Shown here: positions 1 to 13,400 of the stretch, piece after piece | How the letters are laid out: each line of letters opens with the position of its first letter | Numbering within the stretch: position 1 is the stretch's first letter | NCBI RefSeq assembly: GCF_964355755.1 | Contig: NC_092679.1 | Coordinates: 24,783,432-24,847,431 of the forward strand | Length of the DNA: 64,000 nucleotides | From: Antedon mediterranea | Taxonomy: Eukaryota > Animalia > Echinodermata | Direction of reading: 5' to 3' | Made by a program: the position numbers and the translations under genes | Notes under the pieces: model-generated | Databases searched by the model: none | Told to the model about the DNA's origin: nothing | The model's input: only the letters and a program-made list of their open reading frames with translations

Positions 1-3000
1 TTCCTGATAATGAAGTAAACATAGATAGATATACCTTAGTTCGCAATGATAGATCTTCTCGTAGAGGAGGTGGAGTATGTATGTATGTGCGTACGGACAA
101 AGCGTTTACCAAGAGAGAAGATTTAATGGACAATAATGTTGAATCAGTATGGATTGAACTCAACCTCCCGGATACAAAACCAATCGTTGTTGGAACCTAT
201 TACCGTCCTCCTGAACAGAATGTCAACAATTTTCTAAACTTTTTCGAAGACACTGTAAATAAAATTAACAACCTTGAAACCATCATAAATGGTGATTTTA
301 ACATAAATACTAACAGAGATTGTACTCAATCTACGAATTATAAAAATGTTCTCGAATTACTAGGATTCTCTAACTTGATAAGTGAAGACACTCGTTTTGA
401 CAGGAATTCATCCTCATGTTTAGACCATATCCTATGTAATTCTCAAGACAAAATTTCTAATTCCGGTGTTATAAACACAGGCCTAAGTGATCATATGCTG
501 ATATTTTGCACACGCAAATCTTGTAAAGCAAAATACTCATCGCATAAGACCATTTACTCAAGATCATTTAAACAGTACAACAAAGAGGAATTCCTGTCAA
601 AACTGTCCGAGATAGATTGGACAAACGTTACATCTAAAGTTAATGTTAACGACGCATGGTCGTCATTTAAGGAAGCTCTTAGCTCCGTCATAAATTGTGT
701 GGCACCCCTTAGAAAGATGAGGGTGAAACAAAGGTCAGATCCATGGTTTAACACAGATATTCTAAATGATATACGAACTCGTGATCAATATTTTAATAAA
801 TTTAAAAAGAGTAAAATCAAAGAAGATCATGATATGTATTGTAAATTAAGAAACAGGGTCAAGCGCAATGTTAAAAAAGCTAAATCAACGTATTTTCGAA
901 ATAAAATAATTGAAAATAAAAACAATCCTAAGAAATTATGGCAACATCTTAAGAAATTAGGATATAGTGAAAAGACGTCTGAACAAGCTAAAGTTGTTTT
1001 GGAAATAAATGAATCAAAAATTCACAATCCACAAGAGGTTGCTACACATTTTAATAATCATTTTACCAATGTAGCAAGATATCTTGTTGATAAACTTCCA
1101 CCCATGAGTAACATGTTTAACTATGGTTCCAAAATTGTAAAAGACTTTTATTCTTCAAAAGTTACAACTCTTTTTAGCCTTAAACCTGTGTCAGAAGAAT
1201 TCATTCTTAAACAACTTGAAAGTCTTGACCCTACGAAAAGTACAGGTCTCGATGGGCTACCAGCTAAATTCCTTAAAGATGGCGCCGGTGTACTGGCTTC
1301 CCCTTTAACGTATTTTATCAATTTGTCAATTAATACAGGAGTTGTTCCGAGTGATTTTAAAATAGCTAAAGTCATCCCACTGTATAAAAAAAAATGTCGT
1401 AAAAATCCAGAAAACTATCGACCCATCAGCGTCTTAAGTGTTGTCTCAAAAATTCTCGAAAGGTCGGTTCATGTTCAGTTAGAACAGTACCTTGTGGAAA
1501 ATGATCTTATTTATCAATATCAGTCAGGTTTTCGGCAATTTCATTCTACCGAAAGTACTTTAATTAATCTGTTAGACACAATTAAATTAAATAACTCCGA
1601 AGGTACACATACTGGTATGGTACTTATAGATTTATGTAAGGCATTCGACACTGTCGATCATGATATATTGTGTGAAAAGCTTTTGTTAATGGGCATCACC
1701 TCATTAGACTGGTTTCGTTCATATTTGTCAAACAGAAGCCAAATTGTTAAAATCGAAGACTCCTTATCCGTTCCCATGGATATTTCATGTGGAGTTCCAC
1801 TGGGTAGCATTCTGGGTCCTTTGCTTTTTTTATGTTTCATAAACGATATGGTTGTAAGTATCGACCCTGAATGCAAATTGCTGTTATATGCTGATGACAG
1901 TGCAATTGTTTTCTGGCACAAAGATCCGACTGTCGTCGCTGATAAACTTAGTAAAGCTCTTGATTCATGTAGAGTATGGCTTGTCGATAACAAACTATCT
2001 ATCAATATCAGTAAAACTGAATCTATCATATTTTGTACCCAAAAACGACTTCAACGTTTACGATCTTTCAATATTATTTCTCATGGCCTTACTTTAACGG
2101 GTTCTAAGTCAGTAAAATATTTAGGTATAGAACTTGATAGTTCTGCCTCTTGTAACAACATCGCCAAAAGTGTTATAAAAAAGGCGAATAGTAGATTAAG
2201 GTATTTATATCGTCAGGCTAGTTGCTTGGACAAAAACACGAAAAAACTGTTATGCTCTGCCTTAATTCAATGCTTGTTTGATTACTGTGCTTCGACTTGG
2301 TATGAAGGTATTGACAAAGTTTTGAAGCAAAAACTACAGACCACTCAGAACAAATTTGTGCGTTTTATTTACGGTTTCGGACCACGATCTCATATTGGTC
2401 AGAAGGAGTTATCAGACATTGGCATGCTTAAGGTGGAAAGTAGAGTAAAATTTCTCAGGCTTTGTAATGTTCATAAAATTGTCAATAACAATGCAGCTCC
2501 ATATCTATCTGAACATTTCTCACGGACATCCACAATCCACACACATAACACACGCCAACGTAATGTTAATCTGGTTTTACCTCTTCTTAAAGGAAATAAA
2601 CAGTCTCATTCTACTTTTTTCTTCTCTGCTATCAAAGACTGGAACGCTCTTCCATCAAACTTAAAATTAATTTCCAACTTAACTACCTTCAAATCTCATA
2701 TTAAAAAACATTTTGAACGCAATATTTTATATTTAGAATAATTTTGATAACTATAATGGTCTTGATTACGTGCAATTTTTCTCATTTTAATTTTTCTGTT
2801 TTACTGGGCTTTATTTTAATGTATATTTATATATTTATAGTTTTATTAATGTTGTATTTTCTCTTGTTTGTTATGTGCAATTTGGACCCCATTGGAAATG
2901 GGCTGGTTTTTCCGGCCTAATGGGTGTTCCTGATGCTCGTTATTTTGTCTTTTGTCTGTTTGTTATTTTAATGTTGAGCATCAAATAAATTCAATCAATC

Positions 3001-3010
3001 AATCAATCAA
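1..3010 (+). mobile_element. CR1/L2-group (Crack/Daphne-like) non-LTR retrotransposon; its 5' part lies outside the window
   Basis: Long APE-RT ORF followed by an AT-rich 3' UTR with a stem-loop (cccattgg...ggctgg-ttttt-ccggcc..aatggg, ~2887-2924), AATAAA at 2984-2989 and a (TCAA)n tail at 2991-3010. Confidence 0.93.
3..2741 (+). CDS. LINE ORF2: apurinic-like endonuclease plus reverse transcriptase (5'-partial)
   Basis: Frame is open from position 3 (..RNDRSSRRGGGVCMYV..). APE motifs YRPP, GDFN, LDHI, SDH. RT motifs NYRPIS, QSGFR, DLCKAFD, GVPLGSILGP, YADD, KYLG. C-terminal HTHNTR..WNALP. Confidence 0.93.
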   Translation, partial: PDNEVNIDRYTLVRNDRSSRRGGGVCMYVRTDKAFTKREDLMDNNVESVWIELNLPDTKPIVVGTYYRPPEQNVNNFLNFFEDTVNKINNLETIINGDFNINTNRDCTQSTNYKNVLELLGFSNLISEDTRFDRNSSSCLDHILCNSQDKISNSGVINTGLSDHMLIFCTRKSCKAKYSSHKTIYSRSFKQYNKEEFLSKLSEIDWTNVTSKVNVNDAWSSFKEALSSVINCVAPLRKMRVKQRSDPWFNTDILNDIRTRDQYFNKFKKSKIKEDHDMYCKLRNRVKRNVKKAKSTYFRNKIIENKNNPKKLWQHLKKLGYSEKTSEQAKVVLEINESKIHNPQEVATHFNNHFTNVARYLVDKLPPMSNMFNYGSKIVKDFYSSKVTTLFSLKPVSEEFILKQLESLDPTKSTGLDGLPAKFLKDGAGVLASPLTYFINLSINTGVVPSDFKIAKVIPLYKKKCRKNPENYRPISVLSVVSKILERSVHVQLEQYLVENDLIYQYQSGFRQFHSTESTLINLLDTIKLNNSEGTHTGMVLIDLCKAFDTVDHDILCEKLLLMGITSLDWFRSYLSNRSQIVKIEDSLSVPMDISCGVPLGSILGPLLFLCFINDMVVSIDPECKLLLYADDSAIVFWHKDPTVVADKLSKALDSCRVWLVDNKLSINISKTESIIFCTQKRLQRLRSFNIISHGLTLTGSKSVKYLGIELDSSASCNNIAKSVIKKANSRLRYLYRQASCLDKNTKKLLCSALIQCLFDYCASTWYEGIDKVLKQKLQTTQNKFVRFIYGFGPRSHIGQKELSDIGMLKVESRVKFLRLCNVHKIVNNNAAPYLSEHFSRTSTIHTHNTRQRNVNLVLPLLKGNKQSHSTFFFSAIKDWNALPSNLKLISNLTTFKSHIKKHFERNILYLE

Positions 3011-3177
3011 TATTAATATGATGTTGAATTTGTCGATTTTCATTCTTAAAAGTAAACCAAAACTGCGAAAACCATGTACAGTATTAACAGTAACATATTT
3101 GTTGCATTGACATTGACAAAATATATTAATTGAACGTAATTTTCACCAATAAATGCATTAAATATACGCATTATATT

Positions 3178-3420
3178 GAGTTTTTAGCCCTCTATTATGA
3201 TTGCGCTTTTGGCGCTCCATAGAAACAACAACATTGAACATGGCGTATGGAACCGATGTGCGAGAAACACGTCTGTAAATTCATCAATTTAAAGCATTTA
3301 TTTGTTACTCTTTGTGTGATCTCCTTCGTAAAAGTATTTTTGAGGCCTAATTCTAAGGTGTGGTACTAACAATAAAGTTACTTAACAAACTTTGAGTCGA
3401 AATAAATGACAGGTGCGAAA
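3178..3420. repeat. Dispersed repeat fragment homologous to the interior of the foldback element at 53476-54561
   Basis: ccatagaaacaacaacattgaacatggc...cgtctgtaaattcatcaattt...ttctaaggtgtggta...caggtgcgaaa recurs at ~54209-54465 and, inverted, at ~53800-54040. Confidence 0.7.
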
Positions 3421-3807
3421 CGGAACTACCGCCCATTTAGTAAAAGGTTCAGCTCCTGATAAAAAAAAATCCCAGGGCCCAGAGCTAGAGAGGTCCCATA
3501 AACATGTTTAGCTGCTGCATGCATGCTGTACTCAACTCACAAGTGTTGATTAAGAGTGAGGCGTTCGACGCACGTTGAATATTTGAGCGAGGCATTATTT
3601 TATCATTTCCAAAGTGCGATGCGTATAGTTTACAAGTGATATATTATTATGCTACAAAACCAAGCATGTGTTGTCTGGATACTGCCGCGTAACAGGGGCC
3701 CAAACGAGGTGCGAAGATAATAATTTTTCCGGTTACAATCTTAAAAATATAAGTCTGTTTCCTGGACCTTGCCCAACTACATAAGAACATTTTGGAAAAT
3801 AGAGCTG

Positions 3808-4714
3808 CTAAGGTTGTAGGAACAAATAGACTAATGAATACCAACACTAAGGTTGTAGGAACAAATAGACTAATGAATACCAACACTAAGGTTGTAGGAA
3901 CAAATAGACTAATGAATACCAACACTAAGGTTGTAGGAACAAATAGACTAATGAATACCAACACTAAGGTTGTAGGAACAAATAGACCAATGAATACCAA
4001 CACTAAGGTTGTAGGAACAAATAGACTAATGAATACCAACACTAAGGTTGTAGGAACAAATAGACTAATGAATACCAACACTAAGGTTGTAGGAACAAAT
4101 AGACTAATGAATACCAACACTAAGGTTGTAGGAACAAATAGACTAATGAATACCAACACTAAGGTTGTAGGAACAAATAGACTAATGAATACCAACACTA
4201 AGGTTGTAGGAAGAAATAGACTAATGAATACCAACACTGAGGTTGTAGGAACAAATAGACTAATGAATACCAACACTAAGGTTGTAGGAACAAATAGACT
4301 AATGAATACCAACACTAAGGTTGTAGGAACAAATAGACTAATGAATACCAACACTAAGGTTGTAGGAACAAATAGACTAATGAATACCAACACTAAGGTT
4401 GTAGGAACAAATAGACTAATGAATACCAACACTAAGGTTGTAGGAACAAATAGACTAATGAATACCAACACTAAGGTTGTAGGAACAAATAGACTAATGA
4501 ATACCAACACTAAGGTTGTAGGAACAAATAGACTAATGAATACCAACACTAAGGTTGTAGGAACAAATAGACTAATGAATACCAACACTAAGGTTGTAGG
4601 AACAAATAGACTAATGAATACCAACACTAAGGTTGTAGGAACAAATAGACTAATGAATACCAACACTAAGGTTGTAGGAACAAATAGACTAATGAATACC
4701 AACACTAAGGTTGT
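3808..4714. repeat. 39-bp minisatellite, ~23 copies
   Basis: Unit ctaaggttgtaggaacaaatagactaatgaataccaaca; copies are nearly identical. Confidence 0.98.
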
Positions 4715-5867
4715 TCCATTCAATAGCACCTTTATATGCAGGCTACATTTTTTATATTCAGTCTTAGGTAAAGGCAGAGCAACATTAAAGTGACTATGCC
4801 TAGGGTTGAATGCATTATTACAAAATTTAAATATATAAGTGAGATAGTTAGGAGTTATATTATGAATTATAAGCCAATTTAAAATTTAAAATTTGCATTT
4901 CAGATAATGTTTCCCACGATGTCCCACATACTGTGTTCTCCCTGATTTGACATAAAGTATACATAAACATGCCAGTTAAAGCTTTTTATAAACATGCTCT
5001 ATTTGTTTATCCAAACTCAAATATTTATCATAAGATATTTACAATTGTCTACCCTAGATATTCAATATAATTCGATTCGATTGAATAAAATAAAAAAATA
5101 AATGAATAAAATAAATAAAATTGACAAAGATAAGCTATTATTTACAAAACTAAGTCCTAGGTTTTGTGTTATCTGCTGTAGTTATCGTTTAATTACGATG
5201 ATTTCAACATAATGAGGCCAACAAACAGCTTATATAAAGACAGTGTGGCTGGGCTAGGTGGATCATCCTTTTTATTTTATTTGAAAATATTTTGTTTTAA
5301 ATTGTTACCCATAGTATTCAGCAAAAGACTCTGCCGCCACCTCACAACAACACTACGTTTATACAGTTATACTAAAGAACCTATTACACAAAAATCTTCT
5401 CTCCATCATTTTGCGTTCAAAACACTGTATGACATTACCTTTTAACTGATGACAAGCATGAATCCCAACTATATGATATTTTATTTTAAGCGCGTTGACA
5501 ATTATTGTTATAATAGTACTTATATAATACTATATATGTTGGAAATAAATGATAATCTGGGAGCCACCCTTTAAAGATAAAGCAGCTTTTCCAGGAGGCT
5601 AGAGACAGGGAATCTGTTGTTACCATCACTGGTACATGCTTGTGTCAGGTAAAGTTCATTTAGGCCATCCTTTTAGAGTTTGGCCGTCTGTTTTAGCTGC
5701 AGACACAGGAAGTCTGTTTACTTTTTATCTGGGGTTCATTTCCGATTTGATTTGATAAAATGTTATTGTTAATTATAATCATAAACAGTATTGCTCAGTT
5801 TTTTCAATAATTAGCAATTCAAAATATTTTATCATAACAAAAATCACCAAACTAATCTAACTTCATG

Positions 5868-5886
5868 CATGGAGGATACCTCCATG
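5868..5886. mobile_element. 19-bp CA..TG palindrome with 7-bp TSD (putative P-superfamily footprint)
   Basis: cttcatg|catggagg-ata-cctccatg|cttcatg. Confidence 0.65.
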
Positions 5887-6344
5887 CTTCATGTATCTTC
5901 ATCTTACAGCAATTAATCATGATTTGTTTTTACCTCGGAGCCCCAACAATGATCGTGGATCTGAGGAGTGAACTTAGGTATTAGAGTCGACTATCTTACA
6001 CTTCCAAATCCGATTCCCAGCCCACGACCCAAAGCTTAATTTGCTTGCTCCATTTGTTAATTGTTGGAGTTTTTTGGAATACAATTATATCATACAGTAA
6101 CTTGTATAGTTAGGCACACATTTATTAAAACTCTTGCTTTGAAATAATTGGCGGAATTTTAAAAACATTTGTGTGTAAAATGAAAAAAGTAAATTATTAA
6201 TCTATGAATAAGTTCAATGGTTTAAGTAGGCTCTATTATTGTTATCGTTCATTTCCAATTAAAAAATTTTTGATAAAATAATGTAATACCCTGTATACGA
6301 TTTCTTAAATTCTATTCCTACAAATGGATCAATGTTTTTGCTGC

Positions 6345-6405
6345 ATTGCTTGTATCATTGGGCAAGACACTTACGTTTGCCTCTCTCCACCCAGGTTTAC
6401 AAATC
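6345..6405 (+). mobile_element. Degraded SINE core fragment
   Basis: ttgggcaagacactt..gcctctctccacccagg..aaat resembles a widespread invertebrate tRNA-SINE central domain; recalled from memory, not searched. Confidence 0.4.
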
Positions 6406-6649
6406 AAACCATATGAACATTTGCTTGACTGCGTCTTCCACATAAAAAGGTGATTTTTTATAAGCATGATGTCTACAATAATTAACTAATTCAATTTTCT
6501 ACATTATTGATTTTACTATTTCAGTAGTAAAGTGGAAGCACCCATAATTGCCATTAACACTAATTCAAAATGAACATAGAGCCTTGAGGTACTCAATGTA
6601 AGTGCACTAACAGTAAAGCATATTTTTTTTTTTTGTAGTACTGAAGACC

Positions 6650-9600
6650 ATGGCATCTCAATTACTAAGATCAACTTTTCAACAAACAAAAAAGTTACTA
6701 GGATGCGGCTCTTACATTAAGCATCAACGTTTCAGTATCAGAAAGCAGTGGATGTCCCAATTGCCGAAGTCTGGCTCAAACCATGTTACGCCACCAGCGT
6801 TTTTAAATGCCAAAAATAAATGGCTTTCACTTCAATTTGATGAAAAAGAAAAAAACTATCCATATGTCTGGCTGAGAGATAACTGCAAGTGTAGTGAGTG
6901 TTACCACGAGGTAGCATCACAAAGGTTATTGCAGTTCGTTGACCTGGATATTGATGTTGAAGCAAAAAGTATGCATGTAAGTGATACTGGAAAAGATATT
7001 TTCATCAACTGGTCTGATGGACATGAAGGTTTCTATCCACTGTCCTTTCTTGAAGGCGAACATTTTCCAGCATTTTCCGATCCATTACGTCAGTTGAAAC
7101 AAGAATTGTGGGGTAGTGAGTTGCAAGGACAAATCCCTACTTTTCAATTCTCTGATATATTAACAAAGGATAAAGATCTGTTTGCGTGGTTAACTGCATT
7201 GCACACAAAAGGGTTGACAGTTCTGCAAAATGCGGATTGTGAAGTGGGGCAAATACACAAAGTTGGTGAAAGGGTGGCATACTTAAAAAAAACATATTAC
7301 GGGTATGTGTTAAAACTTAAGATTAAATTGAAAAACACAAAAAGGAATATATTTTATGTAAATAAGTATGTGGTTTATCCTGTTACATATTTAGCTCAAT
7401 TTAGAAGAGAGAAAATTCTTATTTAGCTCATCAATATGTTCATTTGTCAAAACGGTGGGATTTCCATACATACTTGATAGCACCGCAATTTATTCATGGA
7501 CCTATAATTTATAGGTCCATGATTTATTAAGTCCAAACTTGTAATTTACTTAGACTACATTCCTCCATAACTTCCTATCTGCCTTTGTGACAGACAGTTC
7601 ATCTCTCTGCATACCAGGATCCATCTCTAGTACATCAATCTATAATGGTATCTTTTTTGTTAAAAATGATTTACTTTACTAATTTGGTGAATGGTCACTG
7701 AATCATTTTTTAATTTAGAGATACGTATCATGTAATGTCAAAACTGGATCCAAGCAGCATTACATACACAGGTGCAGCAATTAACTTCCACTCTGATCTT
7801 TGTTCTTCGTACAATCAACCAGGAGTAAGTATTTAAGACACTTTCTTCAATCTAATTTAAGGTCACAAACTACATTTTGTGTAAAAACAAAAACATTATA
7901 ACACAAATTGTTGTCATCTTTAAACATTTGAAAATGTAAATTGATGTTTGAGCAGTAAATTTTGTTAGTATTCTTATTTTGTTTCTGGGATCCACCCTGG
8001 GCCACACCCTGGGCCACTTTTGATGTGATTGAGTCGATTGTGAAGAAAAGAGTCTTTCCCTATTTGTATTTAACAGATTCTGTCAAAAAAAAAGACAATT
8101 AATTCAGGCAAATCATGCAAACTTTTTCATTGGTCAACTCCACTAAACAATTCATTTTTCCGGAAAGACAATCAATAATTGTCTAACCAAAAACGTCATT
8201 TACCTCCTATAATATTTGTTCACAATGGTAATATTTTGAAAAAGCTTACTTTTTATTACTCCTTAATATTAATTGTGTGTTTTTCATATCAAAGGGTGTT
8301 TGAGCATAATGTCATAATTTTAAGTCCAAAAATAATAAATATAATGTCCCACTCAAACAAATGCCCCTCGAAAATACAATATATTTTTAGGTACTGCTTG
8401 GAGTGATATTATGGTGAATGAGAGTAATTTAATAATAGAAAAGTTTTCTTCCAAAACTCAAACAGTGCCATAATTAATGTTAATATTTATTATTGGTTTG
8501 TAATTAGATGCAGATGCTTCATTGCATAAAGCAATCGTCATCAGGAGGGAGCAATATCTTGGCTGATACATTCAAAATTATACCAGAGTTACAGAAAGAA
8601 GAGCCAGATGTTTACAATACTCTTAAAAACACACTCTTTGAGTTTACAGACATTGGCACAGAATTCAACGATTTCAGCTTCAGAAGCTCCAAGCCTGCAT
8701 TTAGGTACATTTTAATATCATAAAAAGAACAATTGCAAGTTATATTACACGACGGAACACAGAAAAAATAATTTGATATTGTGATATTGTTGCATGCAAT
8801 GCCTATAATATAGTCCTATACAGATACTTGGCAACGTAAGTGATTTGACCAATCACAAGCGATTCGAACAGTGGTTTGTCATTGGTCAACTTGCTTGCGC
8901 GTACATACTAGTGGGAACCACATAAGTAAATGAACCAAAAATGATGATATAAGTTCTAATAAAGTTGTAATTGTTATGTAGTTATGATTATGAAGGACAC
9001 CTTCGACAAGTAAGCATCCATTTTGGTCGTCACCATAGTATGAATGTTCCTGCTGAAAAAGTTTATGATGTCTATAAAGCCCTTAAAGTGTTTTTTCACT
9101 ATCTTCACAAAAAAGAAAACATGGTGGAATACAAGATGTCTGAAGGTAAACTTTTGCTCTTAATTTTTATTTTTCATGTGCTCAGCTGACTTTTGCACAG
9201 TACTGGGTTTGGTCCAGTGCCATAACGTAGAGACCTGAGGCCCCTGGTTTAAGAACACTAAGTGGCCCTCCAACACTGAAGGCCTCAGGCGTTTTTAGCC
9301 TTTTTTGAAATGATTTTAATGCCTGTTTTTTCCTCTGGGCACTGCTCAAGGGCCCCATTGGCATAAGCTCTGGGGCCCCTGCCTGGGTTTAGCTAATGAG
9401 CGCTCCCTGCCATACCTGCTGCCAACTAGATCACTGATAAATAAAGTCCATGTTCTGGTAACTATAGAATGGACCTGAGAATTCGTTCGTTTTTGGGTTT
9501 TTTTAGTTTAAATTATGATATTCTTTTTAAAGGAGATATCATTTGTATGGACAACAGACGCCTGGTCCATGGTCGTTCAGAGTACACAATTGATCCATCA

Positions 9601-9702
9601 ATTGAAGGTGTACAGCGCCACCTAGAGGGAGGTTATATTGACTGGGATGAGATGAATTCTTGTTATCGTGTGTTGTTTAAAAGACTTGGAAAGAAAGAAT
9701 AA
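6650..9702 (+). CDS. Gamma-butyrobetaine dioxygenase-like (BBOX1/TMLH family) 2OG/Fe(II) oxygenase; exons 6650-7302, 7719-7824, 8508-8704, 8982-9145, 9533-9702
   Basis: N-terminal Zn motif WLRDNCKCSEC..WSDGH; HxD (FHSD) in exon 2; QMLHC; DNRRLVHGR (distal His); RHLEGGYIDWD. All introns are GT-AG and in phase. N-terminus is basic and resembles a mitochondrial presequence. Confidence 0.9.
7495..7521. mobile_element. 27-bp CA..TG palindrome with 7-bp TSD (putative P-superfamily footprint) in intron 1 of the BBOX-like gene
   Basis: atttatt|catggacctataa-t-ttataggtccatg|atttatt. Confidence 0.7.
9215..9420. mobile_element. Degraded hAT-like MITE remnant in an intron
   Basis: GC-rich island beginning cagtgcc with repeated ggcccc motifs inside an AT-rich intron; no TSD resolved. 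Confidence 0.3.
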
Positions 9703-9895
9703 GTTTATTAAGCTATGATTTAGGCGTACTATTCACTGTAAATGTCTTTTGTAGTATATCAGTAATAGTAACAAACCTTACCAACCCAACATTTTAAGAA
9801 AAATATTTTTTTGGCAATTTAAAAAAAAAAAAGATTGTTAATATAATAAGTAAATTAATAATAAGTAAAAAATATAAGTAACATTATAATTTTGG

Positions 9896-10193
9896 AATCT
9901 TCCAGTGTTCAGCAGGGAGTACAAAGATATGCATATTTAGAGCTACTGAAAGAGTAATCTTCCAGTGTTCAGCAGGGAATACAAAGATATGCATATTTAG
10001 AGCTACTGAAAGAGTAATCTTCCAGTGTTCAGCATGGAGTACAAAGATATGCATATTTAGAGCTACTGAAAGAGTAATCTTCCAGTGTTCAGCAGGGAGT
10101 ACAAAGATATGCATATTTAGAGCTACTGAAAGAGTAATCTTCCAGTGTTCAGCAGGGAGTACAAAGATATGCATATTTAGAGCTACTGAAAGA
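9896..10193. repeat. 60-bp minisatellite, 5 copies
   Basis: Unit aatcttccagtgttcagcagggagtacaaagatatgcatatttagagctactgaaagagt. Confidence 0.97.
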
Positions 10194-10464
10194 AGCATGT
10201 GCGCACACTGTATCAAACATATTAAAGTATATTTTATATACATAAAATGATTTGTTTTTGTTTTTACTTGAAACACATAAAATGACCAAACAAGATTTTT
10301 AAGCAGTGGTAGAAAGATCCAAGAAAGTAAAAGAAGAGATGAGCAAAATGGTGGGCAGGGACAGCTTAAGCAAAATACATAGCTTAAATGAGTCAGCTAC
10401 CCCTCATAAATTTTTTAATTTATACTATAATACTGTACTACTGAACGCCATCGTCTCTCCTTCC

Positions 10465-13400
10465 TACGAGACTATAATAAAAGATATCAAAGATAGGAGA
10501 ATTTATTACGATACACTATTATTATTATTATCACACAAGGGCCATACGAGACTATAATAAAAGATATCAAAGATAGGGGAATTTATTACGATACACTATT
10601 ATTATTATTATTACACAAGGGCCATACGAGACTATAATAAAAGATATCAAAGATAGGGGAATTTATTACGATACACTATTATTGTTATTATTACACAAGG
10701 GCCATACGAGACTATAATAAAAGATATCAAAGATAGGGGAATTTATTACGATACACTATTATTATTATTACACAAGGGCCATACAAGACTATAATAAAAG
10801 ATATCAAAGATAGGGGAATGTATTACGATACACTATTATTATTATTATCACACAAGGGCCATACGAGACTATAATAAAAGATATCAAAGATAGGGGAATT
10901 TATTACGATACACTATTATTATTATTATTATCACACAAGGGCCATACGAGACTATAATAAAAGATATCAAAGATAGGGGAATTTATTACGATACACTATT
11001 ATTATTATTATTATTATCACACAAGGGCCATACAAGACTATAATAAAAGATATCAAAGATAGGGGAATGTATTACGATACACTATTATTATTATTATTAC
11101 ACAAGGGCCATACAAGACTATAATAAAAGATATCAAAGATAGGGGAATTTATTACGATACACTATTATTATTATTATTATTATCACACAAGGGCCATACA
11201 AGACTATAATAAAAGATATCAAAGATAGGGGAATTTATTACGATACACTATTATTATTATTATTATTATTATTATCACACAAGGGCCATACAAGACTATA
11301 ATAAAAGATATCAAAGATAGGAGAATGTATTACGATACACTATTATTATTATTATTACACAAGGGCCATACGAGACTATAATAAAAGATATCAAAGATAG
11401 GGGAATTTATTACGATAATACACTATTATTGTTATTATCACACAAGGGCCATACGAGACTATAATAAAAGGTATCAAAGATAAGGGAATTTATTACGATA
11501 CACTATTATTATTATTATTATTATTATCACACAAGGGCCATACAAGACTATAATAAAAGATATCAAAGATAGGGGAATGTATTACGATACACTATTATTA
11601 TTATTATCACACAAGGGCCATACAAGACTATAATAAAAGATATCAAAGATAGGGGAATGTATTACGATACACTATTATTATTATTATCACACAAGGGCCA
11701 TACGAGACTATAATAAAAGATATCAAAGATAGGAGAATTTATTACGATACACTATTATTATTATTATCACACAAGGGCCATACAAGACTATAATAAAAGA
11801 TATCAAAGATAGGGGAATTTATAACGATACACTATTATTATTATTATTACACAAGGGCCATACAAGACTATAATAAAAGATATCAAAGATAGGGGAATGT
11901 ATTACGATACACTATTATTATTATTATCACACAAGGGCCATACAAGACTATAATAAAAGATATCAAAGATAGGGGAATGTATTACGATACACTATTATTA
12001 TTATTATCACACAAGGGCCATACAAGACTATAATAAAAGATATCAAAGATAGGGGAATGTATTACGATACACTATTATTATTATTATCACACAAGGGCCA
12101 TACAAGACTATAATAAAAGATATCAAAGATAGGGGAATGTATTACGATACACTATTATTATTATTATCACACAAGGGCCATACAAGACTATAATAAAAGA
12201 TATCAAAGATAGGGGAATGTATTACGATACACTATTATTATTATTATCACACAAGGGCCATACAAGACTATAATAAAAGATATCAAAGATAGGGGAATGT
12301 ATTACGATACACTATTATTATTATTATCACACAAGGGCCATACGAGACTATAATAAAGATATCAAAGATAGGAGAATTTATTACGATACACTATTATTAT
12401 TATTATTATCACACAAGGGCCATACAAGACTATAATAAAAGATATCAAAGATAGGGGAATGTATTACGATACACTATTATTATTATTATCACACAAGGGC
12501 CATACGAGACTATAATAAAAGATATCAAAGATAGGAGAATTTATTACGATACACTATTATTATTATTATCACACAAGGGCCATACAAGACTATAATAAAA
12601 GATATCAAAGATAGGGGAATTTATTACGATACACTATTATTGTTATTATCACACAAGGGCCATACAAGACTATAATAAAAGATATCAAAGATAGGGGAAT
12701 GTATTACGATACACTATTATTATTATTATCACACAAGGGCCATACGAGACTATAATAAAAGGTATCAAAGATAGGGGAATGTATTACGATACACTATTAT
12801 TATTATTATTACACAAGGGCCATACAAGACTATAATAAAAGATATCAAAGATAGGGGAATGTATTACGATACACTATTATTATTATCACACAAGGGCCAT
12901 ACAAGACTATAATAAAAGATATCAAAGATAGGAGAATGTATTACGATACACTATTATTGTTATTATCACACAAGGGCCATACGAGACTATAATAAAAGAT
13001 ATCAAAGATAGGAGAATTTATTACGATACACTATTATTATTATTATCACACAAGGGCCATACAAGACTATAATAAAAGATATCAAAGATAGGGGAATGTA
13101 TTACGATACACTATTATTATTATTATCACACAAGGGCCATACGAGACTATAATAAAAGATATCAAAGATAGGAGAATTTATTACGATACACTATTATTAT
13201 TATTATCACACAAGGGCCATACAAGACTATAATAAAAGATATCAAAGATAGGGGAATTTATTACGATACACTATTATTGTTATTATCACACAAGAGCCAT
13301 ACAAGACTATAATAAAAGATATCAAAGATAGGGGAATGTATTACGATACACTATTATTATTATTATCACACAAGGGCCATACGAGACTATAATAAAAGGT

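Noticed and set aside
3647-4793. 360-aa and 333-aa ORFs on opposite strands
   Set aside because: By-products of a stop-free 39-bp (13-codon) minisatellite; near-identical DNA units with no synonymous variation or gene context.
6525-6638. 5' UTR exon plus a 41-nt intron before the BBOX-like ATG; similarly a 45-nt terminal intron in RSPH10B (15836-15880)
   Set aside because: GT/AG signals exist but the introns would be very short; unsupported without transcripts.
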